This document shows, piece after piece, positions 13,967 to 27,768 of a stretch of 64,000 bases of DNA. Below the pieces are notes generated by a model. That model saw only the letters and a list, made by a program, of their open reading frames with translations, did not search any database and was not told where the DNA came from. A program made the translations under genes and the position numbers. The first letter of the stretch is position 1. Each line of letters opens with the position of its first letter. The stretch lies in the NCBI GenBank assembly GCA_024137785.1, contig JAHRHZ010000101.1, positions 7,577,126-7,641,125 of the forward strand, given 5' to 3'. This DNA comes from Ginglymostoma cirratum (Eukaryota).

Positions 13967-14039
13967 TTTCTGTTGGCTCAGTTGGTAGAGTATGAGACTC
14001 CTAATTGCAGAGTTGGGGGCGTGAGCCCCACTCCAAGTG
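13967..14039 (+). pseudogene. Decayed tRNA-Lys(CTT)-like sequence
   Basis: ggctcagttggtagagtatgagactcctaattgcagagttgggggcgtgagcccca: full-length register with tRNA-Lys. Anticodon is CCT; B box and acceptor stem are broken. Confidence 0.6.
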
Positions 14040-16455
14040 CAGTTATATTGAAACTTCTTTTTTCGAGGTGAAACCCATATCTTCATTTCTCCAACAGTGT
14101 CACTGCTCAAAACTATCTTTCTCTCCCAACCCACCCCCACATATGCCGTAAAAATTGCAAAGTTTTGTGATTGTGCAATCAATAATCACTTTGTATCAAC
14201 ACAATACAGAATGTCTGTGATATACGATAAGGAGAGTGCATCAACCAAGTCAAGGAATGATGCCAAGTCACAATTTACACAAGAATGTTTCTCACCATCT
14301 ACTCAGGGGCATCTGTGGTGCACAATAAATGATGGATGTGGCAATGACAGCCACGGTCTATCAAATATTTTACATATGTCGCTGCCACCAGTTTGTTTAA
14401 TATTCTATTACAGAGTCAATATCAATAAACAGTAATTAGATGTATACCCCCTTTTGTTTGCTTTCCAAAAAGAAGTATGAGAAGTGAGACAATATACGGA
14501 GACTCGAATTGATATCAAGCATCATCAAGCCTTAGTTACCCTGGCCCACTTTTATCCTGTCTAAGGTTATGCGTATCAGATGAAGAAATGAATACAACTG
14601 AGATACCAGCTTAGCTTTCTTTATATGATTTTGAATCCCAGTCCTCTAAATCTTGATCCTGTTCATTTGATACAATTTCACCCTATGTGTGCTATCAAAC
14701 TACCCAAACAGCTCCTAACCCCGCCCCCACCTCATCCAGTTGGTCAATGTTAACAGTTCCATGAAATCTCAGATTATTCTTTTATTTGGTCTAAAGAAAA
14801 AAGTCCCAGCCTCTAAAATTTCTCCAAAAAATACCCATCCCTGGACTCAATAAGACAGTAACATGTGATGGCACTTTGGAAAATATTGTCAGTTGTCAGG
14901 TGGGAAGTTGGAAGGAACTGAACAGAAATCCCAGTCTGCTGCTTTGTAAATCTCTCCAAACTCTGTGGGAGACTGAATGAGAAGATAACTATCCCATTGA
15001 CCAGAAACAATTGACACCTTTCCTTTCTTTAAGACATTGGAACATTCTCTCTCATGTTCTCGCCGACGTTAACAAAGTGAGATTTTGAAAGGATTATCAT
15101 TCCTGCTTATCGGGAATTCCAATGTTACCTAAGGCTTCTGGAAAGGCAGAATAGTTAGAGAAGACACTGAAAGGTCGAAGAGGGACTGCCCCGGATGAAG
15201 AGGGAACTGGAACGGATGTGTCTGCAGTGAGTGGGATCAGACTGTTCCCATGTCTCCACAATAAATATCCCAGCTTTTACTTTGGAAGTATAAAACAGAC
15301 CAAGGACAGTTACCATTCCAGAAGCGGCGAGCAGCATTAGCTTTCTGATGCCCCGATCACCGTCATTGTGACTGAACAGGACGAGCTGGAATCTCTTGAT
15401 TGCTTAAAAAATAAATTCGGCTGATTATCATTTAATCATTAAAAGATGAGCAGTTCAAGCTTCTTGAGTGTTTTGGAGCTGTTCCCAAGTAGGCAAGTAT
15501 GGAGCATTCCATCACACTCCTGACTTGTGTCTTGTAGATGGTGGGTGGACTTTAGGCAGTCAGGCAATGAGTTACTCGCTGCAGTGTTCCTAGCCTCTGA
15601 ACTGCTCTTGTAGCCATTGTGTTTTTGTGATGAGTCCAGTTGAGTTTCAGGTCAATACTAACCCCAAGGATGTTGATCATGTTAACACCAATGAAAGTCA
15701 AGGTGCAGGGATTGGAATTTCTCTTATTGCGGATGGTCATTGCCTGGCATTTGCTTGGGGCAAATGTTACTTGCCACTTGTCACTCCAAGCCTGGATATT
15801 GTCCAGATCTTATTGCATTTGACACAGACTGCTTCAGTATCTGAAGAGTCATAAATGGTGCTGAATATTGATTTGATTTGATTTGTTATTTTCACATGTA
15901 CTGAGACACAGTGAAGAGTATTGTTTTGCATGCTAATAAGAAAAATCGTACTTCATGTACATACATCAGGGAATTAGAGCATAATGCAGTAAATATAGTT
16001 ACAACATTAGAGTAAGTGCAGACATAGATCAACTCTAATATATGAGAGGTCTGTTTATAAGTCTGATAACAGTGGTCAAGAAGCTATTCTTAAATAACAA
16101 GGTGTGGAGCTGGAGGAATACAGCAGGCCAGGCAGCATCAAAGGAGCAGGAAAGCTGATGTTTTGGGTCTGGACCCTTCTTCAGAAATGGCCCATTATCT
16201 CAGACTCCACCATCAGCAGTTCCTACTATCTCAAACTATTCTTAAATCTGCTTGTACATATTTTTAAACTTCTGTATCTTCTCTTTGATGGAAGAGGGTA
16301 TAATTGGATGGGAGGCATCTTTGATTTTGTTGGCTGCTTTCTGGAAGGAGTGGTAAGTGTAGAGAGAGTCAGTAGAAGTTTTCATGATGGAATGGGTTGT
16401 GTTCACAACTCTGTAATTTCCTTGCAGTCTCAGGCAGAGCAGTTTATTTTATTTA

Positions 16456-16730
16456 ATAGAATCCCTACAGTGTGGAAACAGGCTCTTCAGCCCAACAAGT
16501 CCACACTGAACCACAAAGCTTCCCACCCAGACCCACCTAAGCTACACATCACTGAACACTACAGGCAAATTAGCATGGCCAATCCATCTAACCTGCACAT
16601 CTTTGGACTGTGGGAGGAAACAAGAGCACCCGGAGGAAACCCACACAGACAGTCACCCAAGGGTGGAATCGAACCCAGGTCCCTGATGCTGTGAGGCAGC
16701 AATGCTAACCACTGAGCCACCATGCCACCC
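16456..16730 (-). mobile_element. HE1-type V-SINE nested in a Rex1-like 3' fragment
   Basis: tggctcagtggttagca head and V-domain core. Confidence 0.8.
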
Positions 16731-16849
16731 TGTACATGTGATCATCCTGATAATTTGTTTTCTATGGTGCATCTATAAAAATTGCTAACATTGTGGATGT
16801 GTCGAATTTCCTTAATCTTCTGAGGAAGCAAAGGCGTCACCACATGGAA

Positions 16850-17860
16850 AATAGTGTATGCTTCTATTCTTCTGAACAAAGTGCATAGCTTTTGATTTCC
16901 CCACCTTGTATTCCATCTGCTACTTTTTTGTCCACTTTCCTATCATGTCCAAGCCCTTTGTATCTTTCGTCACAATTTGTAATTTTGTCACGGAACCCTG
17001 CAGAACGTCACTAGTCACTGGATGGCATCCTGAGAAGGACCCATTTATCCCTACTGTCTGCCTTCTACTAATCAGCCAATCCTCTAACCACAGATTCTTA
17101 TCACATTCAGCAGCATCCTGTTTGTCAACTTGTCAAAGTTCTTCCAGAAATCCAAATAGGTCACGTTCACTGACTCTCTTGTGCCTCAAAACGAAATCCA
17201 ACAGATTTGTCAGGCATGAATGAATTCCTTTGGAAGAAGTCATGATGATTTGGTTGTACACTTCATACACTCATACACTTCCAAGTACTCCACAACTTCA
17301 TCCTGGATAATGCACTATAACAGCTTACCAATGACAGAGGTCAGGCCAATAGCCTATAGTTCCTTGTCATCTTCCCCCTCCGTCCTTAAGCAAGGTTGTT
17401 ACATTTGCAATTTTCCAGTCCTATAAGGCCCTACCTGACTCCAATGATTCCTGAAAGATCATCACCAATTCTCCAATCTTTTCAATGATCTTGTTCAGAA
17501 CATTGGCGTGTATGCCATTTGGCCTGGGTGATTTATCCACCTTCGGATTTTTCAGTTGCCTCACTACCTGCTCCTTAGTAATGGCTATTGCATCCACTTC
17601 TGTCCCATGATTTTCTTGAATTTCTGGTATGCTTCTTGTGCCTTTTATTGTGAAAACTGATGCAAAGCACCCATTTAGTCCCTCTGCCATTTCTTTGTTT
17701 TTTATTATTAATTCTCCAGTCTCATTTTCCAGCGGCCCAAATGACCATTCGTACACCTTTCTTACCTTTCTATATATCTAAATAAGTTATTGCAATCTTC
17801 TTTTATTTCAGTAGCTGTTTTGCTGTCATATTTCATCTTCTCCCCATTGTTGCTTCTTTT
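16850..17860 (-). mobile_element. Decayed CR1 LINE
   Basis: KEMAEGLNGCFASVFT...KVDKSPRPNGIH. Confidence 0.75.
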
Positions 17861-18805
17861 TTGCTACTGTCTGCTGGAAAACAAAATGGAGCTTCAATGT
17901 CAACGAATGGGAGATAGTCCTTCAGAAGAAACCATCTTTGAAGCGACACAATGCCTTGAGAACACTATTGGCAAGAAAATGTACAGAAAAGGAAGTGGAG
18001 ATAGGACTGCCAACGATTTCACATCTGCTGACTATACTTTCGGAGATGGAACACTAGGGCCATGTAAGTACCCACAGAATCTATGACCAATAATACGGGA
18101 GTTCCTTGGAGGACAGTCAGATTCTTTAGCCACTGATTGCTAACTGCTGTGGCATAAAAATAATGCGACAACAGCAGAAATCCTCATTCCACATCAATGC
18201 TCTTATTAGCGTCATCAAGACCCTTCATGGAAGCCAGTTAATGATAAAATGAATCAATAATTCCAGAATTGACAAATTTTTCAAGAGTCGCCAACATGAT
18301 AACTGTCATAGATTATGATAATTATCTGATATTCATAATCATGTGATTCGCTATCACCAGATCCTGACAGGTTGTGCCTACACTAGTAATTCCAAATCCA
18401 CAGCTATATCGTTGACATCAAGTTGTTCACAATTCAGATTAGTCAGAGATTACTGAAAATGTGCCCTGTTAAGTGATGACATCAGACAGGTCTCACGAAA
18501 AATGAAAGCAAAGACTAGACGACTCTTCGTTTAATCTATTGCACATAAATCGACCTATAACACTATCTGAGGACGAAAGTATTGTTTGTCAACTTTCAGA
18601 CAAATTTTCTTACTGTTATATGACAGTACTCACGTTGGCAAGCGAAGAGCCTTTATTAAAGGATGATGTCTGGATATGCGCTCACAACTTCACTTGTGTC
18701 TAAATCCCAAGGTCTTGTGGTTCTGCGCTACATACACTTATGACCATGGGAATGAATAATCAAATCCCTTGTTGTACACTCCAAAGTTGTATTATATCTC
18801 ACAAA

Positions 18806-19103
18806 GGTGGCACTGTGGCTCAGTGGTTAGCACTGCTGCCTTACAGCTCCAGCGACCCAGGTTCAATTCCACCCTTGAGCAACTATCTGTGTGGAGTTTG
18901 CACACTCTCTCTGTGTCTGTGTGGGTTTCCTCCAGGTGCTCCAGTTTCCTCCCACAGTCCAAAGATGTGCAGGCTAGGTGGATTGGCTATGCTAAACTGC
19001 CCATAGTGTTCAGGGATGTGTAGATCAGGTGGGATGCTCTGAGGGTTGGTGTGGACTTGTTAGGCCAAAGGGCCTGTTTCCACACTGTAGGGGTTCTATG
19101 ATT
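18806..19103 (+). mobile_element. HE1-type V-SINE
   Basis: tRNA head with A/B boxes, core gtgtggagtttgcac...gggtttcctcc.ggtgctcc.gtttcctcccacagtccaaaga, CR1-like tail. Confidence 0.88.
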
Positions 19104-20009
19104 GTTTATACTTTCTCATAATTAGTCTTTCGCTCTTGCACTAACCATTCAGTTCCTGCAGCCACGAAGTACCTTCCATGCGATTTGAAGTGCTTCATGT
19201 TTCAAGTTTCCCTAGCAATAATTAATAACTACAAATACTCTTATGTCTTTCCCAGACAATATTACCTAATATATTGCATACATTTGCATTTTATATAATA
19301 TTTTATTTCTGATTGCACTTATTTTGTCTACTGTTTATTGAAGTTAAGGTTTAAAAAATTTTTTGATTCTGGACTATTTTTTCTTTATTCATTCACGGGA
19401 TGAGGGCGTCACTGGCTAGGCAGCATTTATTGCCCATCCCTAATTGCCTAGAGGGCAAATAAGCGTCAACCACATGATGCGTTTGCCAGCGTTATAGTTT
19501 ATTTTATGAATGGTCAAACCTTCTCAACAGGGTCGAGGTAGAACAGCTGTGAATGATTGAAATAAGCTAAGCATTTCTGACAAGTAAAAGAAGCATCACA
19601 GAATTAAATCAAATCCAATTCCATACAGAATGCTGGGAAGTATAGTAACTGGGCATCCAATGCCGATGTTTGTGGCTGTCGTATCTTAGTGCTTATGACA
19701 TGAATATGATAGATTTATCAAAAAAAGTTCTGCAGTGAGTTTGATAACAGGAAAAATAATTATGCAACATATGTATTTGAACATGTCGAAAGAAGAATCT
19801 GCTCCTTCTTTATTGTGGTTATTGATTTCTGCTTTAGTTTCATTAGAAAGGAAGCATATTTGGATTCATGCAACATGATGCTGATAATTTAGGCTTTAGG
19901 GTTAAAAGGGTTAAAATACTTTAATTTACGAGAAGGAACAAATACGTAACGTACTTAACTATAAATTTGAAACACACATCCATTTTAAAAGAAAATTCGG
20001 AACGTAATC

Positions 20010-20265
20010 TTGGATAGCAGGAACTGCAGATGCTGGAGAATCTGAGATGACAAGGTGTAGAGCTGGATGAACACAGCAGGCCAAGCAGCAACAGAGGAGC
20101 AGGAAGGCTGACCTTTCGGGCCTAGACCCTTCTTCAGAAAAAGGGTCTAGGCCCGAAACATCAGCCTTCTGGCTCCAAGAAGGGTCTAGGCCCGAAATGT
20201 CAGCCTTCCTGCTCCTCTGATGCTGCTTGTCCTGCTGTGTTCATCCAGCTCTTCAACTTGTTATC
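20010..20265. mobile_element. Penelope-like inverted cassette with internal duplication
   Basis: TSD tcggaa(c/t)gtaatc at 19997-20009 and 20266-20278. Confidence 0.75.
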
Positions 20266-21241
20266 TCGGAATGTAATCGTATTTGTTTTACCAACGGAGG
20301 TAGTAACAATCACCCGAGCCAAACGCAAGCGTATAGTATCATCTGCTAATTGCTCTGTATCTTGATGTTTCGTTTGAAAACACATGTGAAAATTGCAAGG
20401 CTTTGTCTACAATTAACTCAGAATGTAATGAATTCTGAGGGGAGTTTGAGAACAGAGTGAGGTCAATACAAAGCTGATACTGGATGTGTAAGACCATTGA
20501 GATAGAGGCAATTGGTGGCTCTGCTATGAAACACCATCTAATGAACGGATCATGGAATATTAGTGTGGAAATATAACTTCAGTGTCTGTTCTCATGAAGC
20601 AGAGATCTTGTCAATCTAGGTTACCATTTATATTTTACAATGTCGAAAATGTAATTGATAGAGCCATGAAGGGCCTCTGTTACACTTGGGTTTTGCTAGA
20701 TCTGGTTTACACTTGCTATGGAAAAAAGAAGGCTCATAATATTGATAGCATGCATTGGTAAAAGTATTTCACGATGAATTTGTAGTATGTAAGCTTGATT
20801 GTTACTGAATAAAGCAAAAGCAATTTTAAAGCTTTTAGCCTTGCATTTATCATAGGACACTGAAAGAAAATCTGTGGAAAGCGGAGTAACAATTTACAAT
20901 CCATGAGGATGAACAGGTGATTCATTGGAAAATAGAATCTGATGGTAGACGTTTGCCATGGAGAGCATAGCAGTAAGAAAATGAAAGGTAGTTATTTGCC
21001 AAGCTGTATAACAGATAGTCTGAGTCTGGGTGTTCAACGTGTTGCCCTTACAAAAGAACTAGAGAATTACTGGCATCTGTTTGATTGTTTGAAAATAATT
21101 GCTTATGTTGCTTCTGCCTCAAAAGGGCCAAGACCTGTATCTTAATGTACATAGATTCCGTTAAACACAGGAGTATCACACTGCGCGAAGAATGGACAGT
21201 CTTATTTGTTCTCAACCTTATTACTATTAGCAGCATTTGTA

Positions 21242-21558
21242 TCATAGAATGCCTACAGTGTGGAAACAGGTCCTTCAGCCCAACAAGTCCACACCTACCT
21301 TTGGAGCATCCCACCCAGACCCATCACCCTATAACCCACTTAAGTTACACTTCCCTGAACACTGCGGGCAATTTAGCATGGCCAGCCCACCCAACCTGCA
21401 CATCTTTGTGACTATGAGAGGAAACCGGAGTACCCAGAGGAAACCCATGCAGACACGGGGAGAACATGCAAACCCCACACAGACAGTCGCCTGAGGGTGG
21501 AATCGCACTGGGGTCCCTAGCACCGTGAGGCAGCCGAGCTAACCACTGAGCCACCGTG
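21242..21558 (-). mobile_element. HE1-type V-SINE
   Basis: Same family. Confidence 0.85.
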
Positions 21559-23140
21559 TCGTATCTTCCACTGATTGATAGCTAGCCACGCTTTCGTGCC
21601 TCTGACTTATGGATAATATTTTTACTATTTTTGAATCTGCAGCTGCATGCATTAATTTCTTCACCTGACTCAGTAACTTCTATTCAACACCCAAATGCAT
21701 GTTGGATTTTGTTCTGTTAAATGACCTCTATTCCTTTACATGGGAATTAAGAGATCTACCTTGGTATTCGTGCCCACGGCAATGCATCGATGTTATACAT
21801 AACTACAGAGATTCCAACTATACCATATGCAGTAAAATTAGCATTATTGGAAAAGTTACAAACTAGGCCAGAACCAATTATTGCCCATGCAAATATGATG
21901 ATGAAAGAGGGCCCATTAAAATCATTTGCAAGATAAGTTCTGTGTTGCTCAGACTGTTTCACTCTGTTTATCACCCAGCCTGTATCAGGACACTCTAGAC
22001 AGATATGGTGTTTCAAAAGTTTAACATAGGTTCAGCAAGCCGATTTACGTATAATTCTGCAGGAGCAATTATGTTTGCCGTTAACAACTTGCTGTCGTAA
22101 AGTGAAGGTGGCTTTCCAAATGGATAAAGTGTCATATGAGTTTCAGTGAGATGCAAGGTGTATAGAATGTACACCTGAAAGACTAGGACATTGTCTCAAC
22201 AGCTTGTCCCTTTGGTTCACAACAAGCAAGAGATTGACTGCATGAAATGAGACAAAAATTGCAAAACTCAAAACATAATGCCCATCATTAGACACTAATT
22301 CCTGATTTAATTACATTTGCCTAATGTGCTTTATTATACTAAGAATTGCATTCACAACCAGCCTCTTTAGAAAACTAATAGATTCATCACAACCTGTACA
22401 AAAAAAACCACATCAAATTTCTGTACATACGTAGAGCAGGAAGTGTTCAAAATTAAGTTATGGCAATTTGGTTTCGACCTACTTGCAAAGCTATTTAATG
22501 AAGAAGGACTCGTTGATAATTAAATGACATAAATGCAATGCGTAAACCAGAGTGATACTAAATTCGGTATCCAATCAGGTCATCAGGCCGAACACTTTGA
22601 AGTCAGCATAACATTGATTATCATTCGGCTGTGCCTTGCATTGGGTCCCTTGTAATTTGAACCCCAGACTTGCCATGACAGAAGCAGACAATGCTATATT
22701 GAGCTAACCAATACTTGGCATCTCTTGCACTTCTGCAGTTTATTTTGCTGTTCTTCACTGGAAATGTTCTTGCCTAGTTTCTAGCTCAATCATAAAATAA
22801 TTGATAGAGAATGTTTATGATGATATATCACAAATATACGCTACTGAAAACGCAATAGTGAAAAGTAACCCAGTAAATGGTTATTAGGGAAGAAGGCATA
22901 CTCAAGAAATTGAATATTCTTATTTAATAAGATTCAGCTATTTATCTCTGGTATCTACTTACAATGGTGCACTATTATCAATCTATATGATTGTCTTTGA
23001 TGAAATTGATGTTGTCATGCTAATTTGGTACTAGAAAGGATGGTAATCTATTTGTATATTATTCCTCCCTTTACTGATACAGAGATGATGCTGTCGAATT
23101 GTTCCCAGTTGTCAAAGAATAGTTACAGAAGACAGTATGT

Positions 23141-23234
23141 TTCTGATGAAGGGTTTAGGCCCGAAACATCAAGTTTTCCTGCTCCTATGATGCTGCTTGA
23201 CCTGCTGTGTTCATCCAGCCCCATGCTTGTTATC
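23141..23234 (+). mobile_element. 94-bp Penelope-like terminal-repeat insertion
   Basis: Starts at the ctgatga core; 16-bp TSD acagaagacagtatgt at 23125-23140 and 23235-23250. Confidence 0.8.
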
Positions 23235-23318
23235 ACAGAAGACAGTATGTCTTCTTATATCAGAATGCATAATTGCCTTGAAATACAAATATGGTGATGG
23301 GTGGGACTTCGAGCTTAG

Positions 23319-23693
23319 ATCATAGAATTCCCACAGTGTGGAAACAAGACATTCAGCCCAACAAGTCCACACCAACCCTCCAAAGACCGACCCACTTAGA
23401 CCCGCACGCCCACCTCCCCCACCCCCCCACCACCGCCCTGCCATCCTATAACCCTGCATCCCGCATGGCTAATGCACTGAACCTACACATCCATGAACAC
23501 TATGGGCAACTTAGCATGGCCAGTCCACCTAGCATGCACATTTTTTTGGACAGTGGGAGGAAACTGGAGCACCCGGCAAAAAAATCACTCAAACATGTGG
23601 AGAATATGCAAACTTCAGACACACAGTCAATGGAGGTGAAATTAAACGTGGTTCCCTGGCACTGTAAGGCCGCAGTGCTAACCATTTTGCCAC
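23319..23693 (-). mobile_element. HE1-type V-SINE
   Basis: Same family, more diverged. Confidence 0.75.
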
Positions 23694-24004
23694 TCTTTAA
23701 CTAACCTGTTAAGCTTGATATTCCATAACATTTAGAAACCAGACTCTCTTCGTCCAATGCAAAATCAGAGACCTGTTTGGAATATCACAGTACTTGAGTC
23801 AGGAAAGGTAACAGGGGTCTAACTGATTATACTACAAAGAATTAGGTTGTGGTTTGACTCAGTTGCCTTCATTGAATCTTAAATTCACAGTTTTTTTAAA
23901 GGTATAAAGCTGTAAAAAAGAATGTGGCAGTGCAGATTGTGCAACATGGATAAAGTTGGGAAACAACAAGATATAACATAAAATTAAAGTTTTGAATTTA
24001 CAGC

Positions 24005-24455
24005 CTACTTTATGCAAAAACTTGAAAATCAGATTTAATGGGCTTATGACCCCATTACCAGACTCCTTTTTAAACTTACCCTGGGTATCTTGAATAGATG
24101 CAGGGGTTAAGACAGGAACGTAAAAGCAAGAAAACACAAAAAAAATGCATACATGCATTTTCCTCTAAAATGTTGCATCACTGAAATTGGAACATGCAAA
24201 ATAAGTTGCATTTGTTGTCTGGACATCCAGGATGGTTATAAAATATAAAACGTTTAATGCGACAAAGCTTCCCAAGATGGTAAAGAGTTTATCCGCTTCT
24301 CCATCTCTGGGTAAAGTTGTTCTCTCCATTACAGTGGACTAAGGGTCTCCTGTGGGTTCGACTGGCTTCTAAAATATTTCTGATGGCCAGAGCGTTGAAC
24401 AGTAAGGTTAGAATAAATGTAAGAAGCGGACAAATGTGACCAGAGCCCAGTCATA
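24005..24455 (-). pseudogene. GPR139-like GPCR, frameshifted TM5 to C-terminus fragment
   Basis: PLLTFILTLLFNALAIRNILEASRTHRR / PEMEKR / LFTILGSFVALNVLYFITIL / SCLNPCIY / TQGKFKKESGNGVISPLNLIFK spread over shifting frames. Confidence 0.7.
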
Positions 24456-24858
24456 TTCAGCCCATACAAGTGACTGTTAAATATTAATTTGGTAGTGCAG
24501 AACCAGCATACATTATTAATTATCTACACAAGTATAAATATAAAATACAAGAAGGCATTCCCTAAGCAATTCAATATACAGACTATTCCTAGAACCCTGA
24601 CCAAAATCTCCTATGTACAATATTTTAATTTCAACTCCTGGCAGCAAATAGTCACAAATCAAGCAAAACTAAAAACAACTGCTAATCAGGTTGAACAGTC
24701 TATTTTTGTATAAATTAGGATAATACGAAGATGGCAAATTGGAGTGATGTATAGAAAACTAAATGGGAAATTAATCTCAGCAATCCAAGTCAACATCAAC
24801 GTGGCAATAATGACAAAGAGATCAGTTATTTCACGGAAACTAGGTAGTACATATTACA

Positions 24859-25095
24859 GGAACAGAATCAAAGTTGCTGGAAAAGCTCAGCAGGTCTGGC
24901 AGCATCTGCGGAGGAGAAAACAGAGTTAACGTTTCGGGTCTGGTGACCCTATTCGGAACTAGGTCACCAGAACACCAGACCCGAAACGTTAACTCTGTTT
25001 TCTCCTCCACAGATGCTGCCAGACCTGCTGAGCTTTTCCAGCAACTTTGTTTTTGTTCCTGATTTGCAGCATCCACAGTTCTTTTGGTTTTTATC
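24859..25095. mobile_element. Inverted cassette, second Penelope-like subfamily
   Basis: Palindromic; TSD tagta(c/t)atattaca at 24845-24858 and 25096-25109. Confidence 0.7.
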
Positions 25096-25257
25096 TAGTA
25101 TATATTACATCTGGAGAGACCACATCTTCTATGAGACAGGATAGCAAACACTGCTGAATTAGCTGTTTGAGAGACAGACATATGGAGAGAGAACGTTTTG
25201 AAAAATACACACGAGAGAGACAGAGTGAGAAAGAAAGAGTGTTACTCTGTCACTGCT

Positions 25258-25737
25258 ACTAGGTTGATTCCGGAATTGAATGGTTACCTTATGAGGAGAG
25301 ATTGAGAAGACTGAGACTGTATTCTTTGGAATTTAGAAGAATGATGTGGGGGATATTATAGAAACACACAAGATTATAAAGGGAACAGATAGGATAGCAG
25401 CAGGGAGATTGTTTCCATTGATCAGTGATACTAGCCATCGGGAGCATAACCTCAAAACAAGGGGAGCTGATTTAGGAATGAGTTTAGGAGGGCCTTCTCC
25501 ACCAAAAGATTTGTGGGTCTGCGGAATTCCCTGCCCAATGAAGTGGTTGAGGCTACCACATTGATTTTTTTAAAGGCAAGGAAAGGTAGATTTTGATCAG
25601 AAAAGGATTTAAGGGTTATGGCGAGTGGGTGGGTAAGAAGAGCTGTGTCCATGAAAAGATCAGCCATCACCTGATTGAATGGTGGAGCAGGCTCAATTGT
25701 CTTGATGGCCTACTCCTGCTACTATTTCTTATGTTCC
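25258..25737 (+). mobile_element. CR1 LINE 3' end
   Basis: GDIIETHKIIKGTDRI..LFPL. Confidence 0.75.
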
Positions 25738-26244
25738 TTTCCTCATTTCAGTGTCTCAAATAATTATCCAGATGAAATAAATAATAGAATGGAATTTCAC
25801 AAAGGGCAATAATGTAACAAAAATGCATTCTACATCATGAAGCATGGTTGCAAATAATTACTGAAAATGAAGATAAGTCACAAAACCCACACACATTAAA
25901 TCCAACACACATACAGGTAATATACAGCCAATGTTCAAAAAATATAATTGTCAATCACATTATTGTCAAAATATGTAAGATTGGAAAACTTGACAATCCA
26001 CCAGGTGAAAGTATCGTTCATTTTAGAGGATAGATTGGCAAAAGTAAATGCTTTTCTGAATTTGGGAATACAGTATTTTTAGGGCCCTATCTTCTGGAAA
26101 TGCCCTGGGGATTTTTTTTTGTTTTGATTGGAGTTAGTTTTGTCTCAGAGAAGCATACCGATTAAGAGGTGCCTTCAGTGAAAGCACTTTCCCACAAACC
26201 AATATTTCCTTATCAACAGTTATCCATCTAGGAATTAACAATGA

Positions 26245-26610
26245 GGCTGTTGATTTTCTGGCCAAGCTGGCTTGTTTTCGTTCGAAAGTTTCAAAAGGTT
26301 ACATCATCAGTGAGGCCTCCGATGAAGTGATGTTGTTCTATTCCACTTGGTATTTATCCTGTATGGTCCACAATGGTGAGTAGTGTCATTTCTTGTTTTG
26401 ATCTGTATTTGGAAATGACACTACTCACCATAGCAGACCAGACAGTATAAATTCCAAGTGGAGTAGAACAACATCGCTTCATCAGAGGCCTCACTCACGA
26501 CGTTATTTAGCTTGGTGATGAAACATCTGAATGAAAATAAGCCAGCTTCACCAGCAAGTTAACAATTTCACCCAGAACCCGAGCTACAAATCTTTGCTAA
26601 ACCTTTAAAG
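26245..26610. mobile_element. Inverted cassette, third Penelope-like family
   Basis: Fold-back (tgaggcctccgatgaag / cttcatcagaggcctca); TSD ggaattaacaatga at 26231-26244 and 26611-26624. Confidence 0.6.
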
Positions 26611-27692
26611 GGAATTAACAATGAACATCACGTGTAGGATATTGAATTAGAAACCTTGCATCTAAGATCCCAAAGATACCAGGAAGTATGCCTAGAAACA
26701 TAATATGAAGTAAGAAATTAAGAGAAGAGGAAGAAAGTTGGCAGGTGAAAGCAGCAGAAGATAACTCAGGTAGAACAGAAAGTAATAAGAGCTAATGTGC
26801 ATGGGGAGAATAAAACATTGCAATCTTGGTTCTAGAGACAACATGTATCCTTCATGACCGCAATTGCTGATGTTTATGTTAAAATTTTCTGTGGAATATT
26901 GTGCATTCTATAAATTAATTCAACAAATTACTTCATAAATGATTGCTATGTCCATTTTCCAATGCAAATCAATCATTTGTTGATATTAGGTTACAACTGT
27001 AAATGTAAGTATGATAATAGATCTTCATTAAAGTCCTGTTTGGAAAAATGTGTAAATTCACAGTAGAGTGCAAACATTTACACTTTCAGTAATATCCACC
27101 AAAAAATGCATTATATGTGCATTTACACCTTGCTGGCACTGAGAACACTTGTACTGTGACAATGCCAATAGAACAATGTATATATGTTCATGCCATTAGA
27201 ACAGTGCAAGTGTATAATTGCAAGCGTCCATGAGAAGTGAACAAGAATTACATTGTGTCGGTTATTTAATATCATTATAAACAGCTACACTACCAGGGCC
27301 AGAAGTGAACTATACATAAAAAAGTGATAGTGTAAAAATGACAAAGAAACAGAATTATGAGATCAAATTATACCAATAGTACAAAGGATATAAGAAATAA
27401 AAAAAAAATCATCGTTAAAGCAGGTAAACTGCTTAGTTGATGACAAGAAATTGATTCCATAAAGATATGAGACAGTTATTATTGAATTTAAATCATAATA
27501 CTGTTGAGAAAGAGGAATTAATCAGTTAAACAAATAGTTATTGCAGTGAAGATGAGAAAAGTAAGCCTTTCAGGGTAGAAGACATTTGAATCAAGTGGGA
27601 GATGAAATACTGCTGGCATAAAAAGGAATAATAGATAAAATGAAAGTCAAGAAAGCTTACATGCTTTATTCCACTATACCAAAATTCTTCAC

Positions 27693-27768
27693 CTGGAACT
27701 CCAATAGTTGCAATGATTGGATAATAAATGGCAAACAACAAACCATTTGGTGTTTCATGCATTTCCAT
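27693..27768 (-). pseudogene. GPR139-like GPCR, first coding exon
   Basis: MEMHETPNGLLFAIYYPIIATIGVP followed by phase-1 donor G|GTGAAG. YYP...IGVP with an intron before the TM1 Asn is typical of the GPR139/142 family. Confidence 0.65.

Noticed and set aside
17870-18760. Non-repetitive stretch with a 98-aa ORF
   Set aside because: No recognisable domain or convincing exon structure by eye
18769-19023. Recurrent short ORFs (VWSLH..VWVSSGCSGFLPQSKD)
   Set aside because: Translations of V-SINE cores
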